Positions 54,066 through 64,000 of a stretch of DNA of 64,000 bases are shown one piece after another. Each line of letters begins with the position of its first letter. Positions within the stretch are counted from its first letter, which is position 1. Position numbers and translations under genes: made by a program. The notes beneath the pieces are model-generated. The model was given only the letters and a program-made list of their open reading frames with translations. It did not search any database and was not told the DNA's origin. Source of the stretch: Paraspadella gotoi (taxonomy: Eukaryota; Animalia; Chaetognatha); assembly GCA_051294375.1 (NCBI GenBank), contig CM119264.1:20998645-21062644 (forward strand), read 5' to 3'.

Positions 54066-55054
54066 TTTCAAATGTATATCAATTGTATATCATTTATGAT
54101 TAACAGAGCAAGGCCGATCAGGGTTGAGTACAGACGCCAGTTCGCCGTTGACTTTGCCTTTCAAAAACCCCCATTATTCCTTTCACCACTCCCTACCACC
54201 TCGCAACCACCCCCCAACCATCCCAGAACCATCCCCCAAGACTTAATGCTCCTTCTCTCTTCTCCCAAACGAGAAAGCGTTAGCCCCGGCGAACGAGTGA
54301 ATTATAGACACGATGCCGTTTTCAAAAGAGCGCCTCTCTCCCTCTCTCTCTCTCTCTCATGCTCGAGGAGCGTTCAAATGAAATATGGGCCTAAAATTTT
54401 TATTCCTTTTTATTTGTTAAGGATGCAAGGCGAAGGTGGTTGAAGGAGCCAGTCAGGGTCGGAGATTCGTGAGTAATAGGATGATGATTGCCGATAAGGA
54501 AAAGAATAGCCATAGAGTAATTATTTAAGCTGATGAAGATTATTACTTTTATAATCAAATATTATAATAAAGTACCAGTCTACATTTTTGTCAATAAAAT
54601 AAAAGTGCAAAATAAGTAAGATGACTAACAAAGTTTGATAATTAATATAATTTCGCCGTAAGAATTATCTAAAAACAGCGGGAAGAATACCGACGCGCGC
54701 AGAAATCAAAAGTAAATTAAAAAATATCGCTAAAAATATTTAATGGGATTTTAATCTCTCACGAAATGGCGTTCATCTTCCTCCTTAATGTTGAGGAGTG
54801 TCTCCTTTTAATGCCTCCTTTTATTCGTTTTCTTCGTTCCTCCCCAATCCACCCCCCCCCTCGAAGCTCGCCCTCACCTCGACCCCCATCCCGTTTGCCC
54901 TCGCGACGCCACCCTTTCTCTACCGTGATTCGTTTCCTTCTTTTGTTTTCCTCATCTAATTGTGTCACAAATATCAGGTTTGCTTTCACTCGTGACGAAG
55001 TTAATTTGCTCGGAGAATGGCAACAACAATTTTTCTCACACATCACCTTTTTTA

Positions 55055-55109
<55 letters not shown>

Positions 55110-55368
55110 ATCTTTTCCAATCTTTTTTTGGTGTTTGTTTCTCGAATTTGTTTTTTTCTCCAGGCGCCGTAAAATTGTCTTTTTCGGTCTGAATGGATGG
55201 CTCCCGCCAAAATCGGTAAATCCGAGAGGAAAGTTTCGCTCCGTGGGAAAAAAGAAAATTTTCTATTAAAACGATGTTGCTGTTCATAGAAAATGTGAGG
55301 ACAGTCATGGGAATTATATTACGTTACAATGTAAAACGGTAAAAAAAAATACAATAGTGTACACTGTA

Positions 55369-55510
55369 CAGGGGTGGGACCATATATCGAGACAAAACTT
55401 AACGTCCTGTCCCGTCTGAACGATTTGAGATACAATAATAAAATAGGTGCCAAAATATTTTTCTGTCTTTTTATTTTCATATGCAAGGAAACAATAACAA
55501 ATTTCAAACA
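55369..55510 (+). mobile_element. Orphan left end of the Tc1/mariner-type MITE
   Basis: TA|CAGGGGTGGGACCATATATCGAGACAAAA..., about 140 bp nearly identical to 56097-56238. Confidence 0.75.
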
Positions 55511-55579
55511 AGGATATTTAGACATGAGATAGTATGATTAAGGAGTACAAAAAATATTTTGCTTATATTGTTTGGGGAA

Positions 55580-55987
55580 CAGTATCATTAATTACAATAT
55601 ATTTATAGTAATATTCTTATAAAATCATAAATTTTCAAAATAATTTTTTTTAAATTTTTATTAAAGATTCTGATTCTTCATAAAAAGTTAGATCAAAAAT
55701 ATAAAATATGTTATTAAAAATTTCAATGTCTTCAGCATCAAAAATAGAAAAAAAAGGTTAAATTCTCTACTTTTTTATACTTTGTAGTAAAAACTATTAT
55801 ATGATGAAACGTTTTGGTCATTTTTGCGCAGCTTTAACCTAAAAATATCATGTAACATATTTTATAAAAGTTTTTCAGTTTTTTCCGGCGAATCCAAAAC
55901 TGTTCTTAAAATTAGGAAAATCTGATTTAAAAATTTTATGATTTTATGAGGATATTACTATAAAAAAAATTCAATTAATGATACTGT
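55580..55987. repeat. AT-rich fold-back (MITE-like) segment
   Basis: CAGTATCATTAATT...TAAAATCATAAATTTT pairs imperfectly with AAAATTTTATGATTTTATGAG...AATTAATGATACTG. Confidence 0.55.
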
Positions 55988-56096
55988 TATTCAATTTTTT
56001 TTTGAAAAAGGGCTTATCATTTTTTATTACATATATAAAGGAAGCAAAAAAACATTGTTCCATCGCTCAATATTTTCATCACTCCACCCGAGTGTA

Positions 56097-56708
56097 CAGG
56101 GGTGGGACCATATATCGAGACAAAACTTAATGTCCTGTCCCGTCTGAACGATTTGAGATACAATAATAAAATAGGTGCCAAAAGATTTTTCTGTTTTTTT
56201 ATTTTCATATGCAAGGAAACAATAATAAATTTTAAACAACTACAGGGCGTTGTGGATGTTTTTAAATCATTTAGTCATTTTTATACGCTCACCTTACATT
56301 GCATAGTATAAAAGCCATACTTGTTAATATTTTTCAGTGGTTGTTTCTGAATGTGGTATGTGGTATATCGTCTCTTTAATTTTCATAACTATCCAAATTA
56401 AACTTATTTAAACCTATATAAGGACTTGACCCTTTTATCATGCATTCTAAAATCTGACATGATTAATTTACATATCTGACAACATCATTATTAGATTTTT
56501 AAATAAAGGTGAGTTTTAATAAAAATTTGACTATAATAGTAACTTACCCGAACCTTACTTACCTCAACTTTTTTTGACAAAAATGTAATGTATACCATGC
56601 TAAAAGTATTCTTATACTATAAATAAGCATTTTCATTAATAATTTTATCTGTCATGTTTTTAGAATGGGATTTTTTAAATTTTGTCTCGATATTTGGTCC
56701 CACCCCTG
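56097..56708. mobile_element. Tc1/mariner-type MITE
   Basis: TIR CAGGGGTGGGACCATATATCGAGACAAAA / TTTTGTCTCGATATTTGGTCCCACCCCTG, flanked by TA on both sides; non-coding interior. Confidence 0.88.
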
Positions 56709-58228
56709 TATATAAAACAAAACGCAATAATTCATCACTCATCCCTTTTTTCATTGCGACGCCTTTTCTTCCGAGACCGTCTCACTCTCATCTCTCGACA
56801 CACCCATTCAACACGCCTGCTCAGGATAGTTTATGAGTCGCCAGGCCCTTGTTATGGAATCAGAAACGCTCTAGCGCTCTCTTTATTCGACCCTCTCTCT
56901 CTCTCTCAAATGTATGTTACTTGCTTTAAAAAAACAAAAACAAAAATAACAAACAAAAAAACGAAACAAAAATACAAAAAACAAAAAAAAATGCTGTCTC
57001 TATTCTTTACAAATTACCCAGACATTCTAAAATAGGTTTCTACATTGATTAATGTAACTTAATACAAATTGTATCTCATATTAGCTGATTGAAAACTGAT
57101 TGAAAACTGATTTGAAAACGTTTGGAAAACAAATGAACAGAGAATCCAAGTGAATGATCGCCTTTAGTGACATTCCGTACGCTTTTACAGAGTATCATAA
57201 CACGAAAAACAAAAGACCCTTTAGACGTACTAGTTGCTGTCCAGGGTCATGTACTGTTCAATTCAATTCATTTCAATTCTCCCTCTTCCTATCTGTCTCT
57301 CGTCTTCTTCCTCGGGTTTGTTCAGCAATTAAGGCAGAGAGAACGAGAGGCCTTCGTCCTAATCGAGCGGCGCCCGCCTCTCGTCCAGGAGACGTCTTCT
57401 CCTCCTCCTCCTCCTCCTCCTCCTCCTCCTCCGCTTCTTTCCTTTCTCTTCTTTCCCATCTTCCTCCTTCTATTCCTCATCCTTCCTCTTGCTTCCTCCC
57501 CTCGTTTCGCGATATGAATATGCATGTTCCTCTCGATTGTCCCAGGGATTTTTTGAGGCCGCGAACTGGGACTTTTTCAGAGAATGGGTTGGCGGGTTTG
57601 ACATTTGGGATGGTGGTTTGGTAGGAGAGGCCGGGAGAAAATCGTGGCGGGAGTTGACAGAAAGGCGACGCTCATGAGAAGATGAAGCTACAAAAAATAT
57701 TCTACGGATGAAAAATTACCGAGAAAATCTATCGATGGAGTTTTGAAGGTTTCTGATGGAGAATAAAGTGAACCGTCGGGTGAAATAAAAAATGAGAAAC
57801 ACGAATCACGGGGAAAAGATGCTATCGTTTCCGTGAAATACAAGATATTCGGGGCCCGAGTCGCTGAAGTCTGTCCAGAGACATTTTTAAGCAGAAATGG
57901 CTAAATACATGTACATTGTACTTAGGTTTTGAAAGAAAGAAAGGGATGCGAGGAGGAGGATATGATAAGAGGATAATATTGTATAGAATAGGATAGTATA
58001 TAATATTAAAACAAAAACTAGAGAATAAAGGAGTAAGTCCAAGAAATTTAAAAATGCTTATGTACGAGCGAATTGAAGCAAACGACTGCAAGGGATATTT
58101 AAAAAGACTTTGCAAAGGAAATTTTGTTCACTGAGTAAAATTCTGCTTCGAATTCAAATCGCCAAGTTCTCTTCTTCCCCGAAGGGCGATCGTCCGTTGG
58201 CTCTCGATGCGATCTCAGCGGAATAAGA

Positions 58229-58311
<83 letters not shown>

Positions 58312-58468
58312 CCTATTACAATATGAGTAACGAAAATCATAAGTGGAGGAGCCTCTCTCAACGGCCTTGTTGGCTAAACGACTAGAAGGAAAATTTGCAG
58401 ATAAATTTCCTCTTTTTTTACACCCCTCATATTCTCTCTCTCTCTCTCTCTTCCTCTCTCTCTCTCTC

Positions 58469-58519
<51 letters not shown>

Positions 58520-59301
58520 CTCTCTCTCTCCTCTCTCTCTCTCTCCTCTCTCTCCTCTTCTCTCTCTCTCTCTTTTTCTCTCTCTTAATATTCCCATTTT
58601 TGTTCGAAATGATAATGCTGTCTGTCCGCGCGCAATTAATACACAAGGAAACAACAATACGCTCCGACGCTGGAACTCTGCAAGGCCTCGAGGTCCAGAA
58701 ACAGAACAAAGTGACAAGGACACGTGACTCTTTGCAGAGCCCGGTTCGTTGTCGTCTCTCTTCGCGCCTGAGCGTTGCCAAGTAATGCCTTCTTCACGTG
58801 GAATAACCCGAGAACGAAAAGGGCCTCAACTTTCTTTCTTGGCGCGATCGCATAGGAAAATGCTGTATAAAATTATTTTCAGCGTAGTTTTTTTATAATG
58901 AGATAAAAAATCTTACTAAATCATGTAGTATTTAAGTGGGAAATTTTGTCTGTATGTAGTTTTAGTTGAATTAATTTTTTGCGGAAAAAATCGAAAAAGA
59001 AGAAAAGGGAAATTGGCGCGGAAAGTGGGAGTGGTTCCGGCGTTGGAGCGAGAGAACACCGGGTGGGAAGAGCTAGGCGCGGAGAAGCAGCGAAGCGAAG
59101 TCAAAGACGAGGAGCCTCCCAGTTCATTTTCCTAAAAGCTTCGGCTCCGATAGATAACCGAAGACAGAATTCAACTCGGAACCGGGGCAAACGGTGGCGG
59201 GCGTGGCGGTGGCGGTGGCGGTGACGGTGGCGGTGGCGGTGGCGGTGGTCGGATTGTCTTGGTTTGTCATTGGAATACGGACTCCGTGTTTCCGGTTTCA
59301 A

Positions 59302-59385
<84 letters not shown>

Positions 59386-60159
59386 TTAAATTCCGTTTAA
59401 TGTTCTTTTTATTTATTTTGTTTATGTTTGTGGCTTCGCTGCCGGAGAAGGAGATTTAAATTTCAAATTTGAATTTTCTTAAGTATTTTAAAATTTTTTT
59501 TTTGTTTTCGAGAAGACAATCTCTCTTCGTATTTTTTGCCGGAATTCCGCCCGCCGGCCCGCCTCCTGCGCAGCTTTCCCCCTCTCTCTACGTCCGGACA
59601 CCTTCCAACGAATCCACCTCTTTGTTTTTCATTATTATTTATGCAAAACACTCTTTCTCTATATGCCTCATTTTTCTCTGCAAAGCCGATTTATTCTTAA
59701 ATATTTGATGTTTTTTTTCGCTTGGCCTTTGGTATTCCATTTTCTTAAACTGCTCTTACTAATTTACATTCCTATTTTTTCTTTTACCTTTTTTTAATCT
59801 GTAAATTTACCTTCTTACTTTTCATTCTCAAATATCCTTCGCCCATCCTTTTATCATTTGCCATTTATCATACATTCCTACTTTTTCTCTCTTCCACTGT
59901 GCATATTTTCTTACTTTCCTCATTCCTCCTCTCAATTTCAATTTCTTCCCCCTCTGTTTCTTTCCCTTTAATCCCCTCCTTCCCGACTATCATCCTTCCT
60001 CCCTTCTCTTCCACTTCCTCCTCGTCAAACCCGTCCCTGTTTCGTGTCGGTCCTCGTCTGGTAACGACATAATGATCAATACGTCGAGGAAAATCTAATG
60101 GAAGGACCGTAAAACCATCGGATTCGATCCGAGAAATTACCTGGACAAGGATAGAGACA

Positions 60160-60199
60160 GGGGACGGGGGACGGGGGACGGGGGACGGGGGACGGGGGA
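60160..60199 (+). repeat. (GGGGGAC)n repeat, potential G-quadruplex
   Basis: Six consecutive G5 runs separated by AC. Confidence 0.8.
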
Positions 60200-60403
60200 T
60201 GGAGAGAGTGAGAGAGGGAGAGAGGGAGAAGGATAATGAGAGAGGGGGAAACGAAAAGGAAGGAAAATAAAAGTACAACAAAGAAATAAAGAAAAAAAAT
60301 AATCTAGGAATCAGTGGCAATGACTGAAATTTTTATTATAAGTTAGACCGAAATTACATCATTTATTTATTGCATTGATTTTGCTCTCTTGCTCTCTCTC
60401 TTC

Positions 60404-60485
<82 letters not shown>

Positions 60486-60750
60486 CCGCTCTTACCTCCG
60501 ATCTCGGTCTCTATTCGTCCGGATCGGCTCACAAAGCGGTGATTGCGCTCCGTCCTTTTAAATGGGGTTAAACAACGCATAAAGTTCTATGAGGAAGATT
60601 TAACAGTTAGTGTTGGGCTGTTATCCGCGGACGAAAGACACTTCGATCGTTACCGTCTTCTGAGGAAAGAGAAAAAAACGCGGTAGTACGGTCTCTGTGG
60701 GTAACTAGGAGGAAGAAACAAATTTTCAGCCCACACGTCCGCTGCCAGAA

Positions 60751-60792
<42 letters not shown>

Positions 60793-61210
60793 TCTGCCAA
60801 TGCGTAACCTTTTTTACATATCAATTTCACCATATATTTAATTCCTCCTAACCTAGTTTTTTATCGCTTTTCTTTTCTGTTGTCTTGCCCAGAAACGAAT
60901 TAATTATAGAAACCTCACAACGGGCAAATATAACTCTTTCCAACATCCAAAAAGAAATCGGTTTTTCTGGACCTGATATCTCCCTCGCCACAACCCCCAC
61001 AACCTTGGCCCCACAACCGAAACTCAAACCACTCAACTTAGATCTCTCCAGTCTCCACATTCCCTCTTCCGCGCCCACCAACGAAACATCTTCGCGTGTT
61101 CTGGGAAAAACTAGTGTTTTGATCAACACCATTGCAGACAACAACTCGGAGAAACAACATCGCCGTTTAAGGCAGGGAGGAAGTTGGGGGGTGGAGAGAT
61201 AAAGATAGAG

Positions 61211-61273
<63 letters not shown>

Positions 61274-61782
61274 GAAGAGAAAAATAGAAGAGAGAAATAA
61301 TATATAATAACAATTTATCGTGATACATTTTCAACATTATTATTGGGATTGTATTCATTGTCTTTGAGTTTAAGTTTCAACCTAAGACTTAGACCTCGGT
61401 CTTAGCTAATGCGTTTGGCAGGGTATCTCCCCTAAACGATCGACTTAAAGGCGGAAAGTTTAAGACGCATTAACGAGAAAAGTGGGCGGACCGAGATGTA
61501 ATGCGAAAATTGTCGGAGGCGGCTGAACCGGGATTGGCGGGGGGTCGCACAGTGATTCAAATGGCCTTAATTTCCGGATAAACCTCTCTTAGATGCCCTA
61601 TGAGGTTGTTAGAAACGTTTCAGATAATTAAAAGGATTTGAAAAAAATTTGGAGAAAAAATTCATTACCGCCCAAATTTGGTTTTTAAAAAATCATTTAT
61701 GGTAGTTGAAACAACTTTTGATTTTATAATTTTGATATTAAAAAGAAATTGACCAACTTAATATTTTTTTCTTTATTATGTA

Positions 61783-62000
61783 ATTGGTACAACCAATATA
61801 AAAATTATCCATTCATTTAATAAATAAGCTATCTTGCCCCTGACTTGTTGGACAGGCTTTGGTGGTTTAAGGCCTCCATCACTCTTACAAGATAATTACA
61901 TAGCAGGTCCCTGCAAGCTTTCAATCAAGACTCTCAACAGTCCCGTTTATTCACTCCCAGAGTACCGGGGCTTCCCTATCAATGAGAAGTGAAAATATTT
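61783..62000. mobile_element. Second copy of the 53620-54065 repeat, lacking the tRNA-like module
   Basis: ...TTTAAGGCCTC joins directly to CATCACTCTTACAAGATA..., omitting 53719-53946. Confidence 0.65.
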
Positions 62001-63469
62001 CAAAGAATGTTTCAATTGTATGAAAAGACACTCCCTTAAGTATTAAGATCGCACTAGCATCAAAATACAAGGAGCTGAATTTTATGAAATTGGTACAACC
62101 AATATAAAAATTAAGTATATATATTAAGGAATTAGGTGTATATTTGGCTAAATATAAAATCATTAATTTAATCTTTTTAAAATGCGTTAAGCAAATTAAG
62201 ATTGGAAAATCGGGTCAAAGAAAAGAATCATATGATTATGATAATTTTCTGAAGAATATCGAATTCTTTTTTATTATTTTTGGAATGAATAACATTTTTA
62301 AATTTTTCAAAAGGGTGGACAAATGCGGATGAGATTTATAATGATAACTGTGTGGACGAAACAACCACAACACGTAACCTCCGGTCAAACCATTGACCTT
62401 ATTTAACCTTACCCTGATCGTTTCCCCCAGTTCCTTTATGGTCAAACCTGACCTTGTAAATACCATTGTTATAGACTTAGCATCTGAGCCTGTTACCGTT
62501 ATATATTTGAACGAAGTAAATAAAAATCTTACTCTGAAAAACTTGTTCCGTCCACAACTGATTAGTAATAAGATGTATCATTAGAAAACTAATTCTGGTT
62601 GATTGAAATTGGTTGAAATTCGATGAGTTTTTACTATGTTTTTTCATTAATCATGCATATTACATAATATAAAAATCTTTTTCTTTTATGTACAAACTCG
62701 ACCAAAGAGCTATAAATCCCTCCCTTAAATACAAATTTAATTTTTCTCTTCCACCCATCTGGGTGAAACAAACCTCTTAAAGACTCACTCAAAATCGAGA
62801 TTTGCTTATAACTTGAGAAAGAATAATTTTTGGGAACTGTAATCTTACCTAAGACTTCGTAGCATTATTAGGGAAAGACTGAATAGGTATTAATGCCCGT
62901 ATGTTCAAGTGGCTTTTATCCGGTTTTAATTTTTTTTTTTGGATCACTGTGGGTCGGGGGGGGAGAAAAAAGTGAAAGATGAAAATATAGGGAGGATAAG
63001 AGAAAGAAGGAAGGAAAGACAAGTGTCCGAGAAAGAGAAATCGTTGAAAAGAGCCTAATAATATCAGCTAAAAATTAAACGGGTGAGACCGATGAAAACG
63101 AAGTCTAAGAGTAGACAGACAATTAGCTATGGGATCATTAGGAAAGCAAAGAAGGCCAGAGGAGATAGAAAGATTTTACAGAGAGAGAGAGAGAGAGAGA
63201 GAGATTGAAAACGAGCCCAGAATTGGAAAGGGGGGAAAAATAGAAAGAGATTCCGGGTCGGAAAGATAGAAAACGAGCGGACCATTAGCAGGGGGCTGGA
63301 ACATGATGATGGAATTTATGCAGGATTCTCTAATTGCAGCAAATGGCGAGAGTGAGATAAATAGTGAAATGATAGCCAAGGCAGTGCTTCGCGCCGAGCT
63401 TCCTCCGACTCCCTTCCGGAAACCGGCCCAGCGGAAGCATCGTCCAAACCAAAACATAGATGATATCTC

Positions 63470-63539
<70 letters not shown>

Positions 63540-63703
63540 CCTCCCTGTCTCTCTCTCTCTCTGCCAGCGCTTTCATGTTTACGCGTCTTTTCGGCATCAT
63601 ATTATAATGTATAATGTTTCGTGCTTGGGAGCTTCGGCACAGACTCGCAGCTGTTGAAATCGGATGACCATAACATCCATTAAACCTCGGCTTNNNNNNN
63701 NNN

Positions 63704-64000
63704 CCAATATAAAAATTAAGTATATATATTAAGTAATAGGTGTATATTTGCTAAATATAAAATCATTAATTTAATCTTTTTAAAAGTGCGTTAAGCAAAT
63801 TAAGATTGGAAAATCGGTCAAAGAAAAGAATCATATGATTAATGATAATTTCTGAAGAATATCGAATTCTTTTTTATTATTTTTGGAATGAATAACATTT
63901 TTAAATTTTTCAAAAGGGTGGACAAATGCGGATGAGATTTAAATGATAACTGTGTGGACGAACAACCACAACACGTAACCTCGGTCAAACCATTGACCTT
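63704..64000 (+). repeat. Direct duplicate of 62099-62400 after a 10-N gap
   Basis: Colinear near-identity; probably contig-end overlap. Confidence 0.85.

Noticed and set aside
60893-61202. Ser/Thr/Pro-rich open frame after a good-looking splice acceptor
   Set aside because: No convincing donor site or recognisable homology; it runs into an (AG)n tract.

Overview
Repeat-rich, AT-rich eukaryotic DNA (probably an invertebrate animal; taxon not determinable) with many (AG)n/(GTC)n/(CAT)n microsatellites and assembly gaps. No intact protein-coding gene is recognisable; at most two short candidate exons lie near 52 kb. The clearest biology is in the first 18 kb: three Penelope-like retroelement (PLE) insertions (2.7-3.9, 7.4-9.5, 15.1-15.9 kb), each bracketed by inverted pseudo-LTR arms carrying minimal type I hammerhead ribozyme motifs. 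The 7.4-9.5 kb copy keeps decayed RT and GIY-YIG endonuclease coding sequence. Also present: a BEL/Pao pol remnant with two LTR-like ends, two hAT-type MITEs with 8-bp TSDs, a Tc1/mariner-type MITE, at least two Helentron-associated (HINE/DINE-1-like) families, a tRNA-derived SINE-like head and several minisatellites. Much of ~27-51 kb consists of indel-rich direct and inverted copies of the same few kb next to exact 25-N gaps, most likely long-read gap-filling artefacts. All calls were made by eye; no database searches were run.
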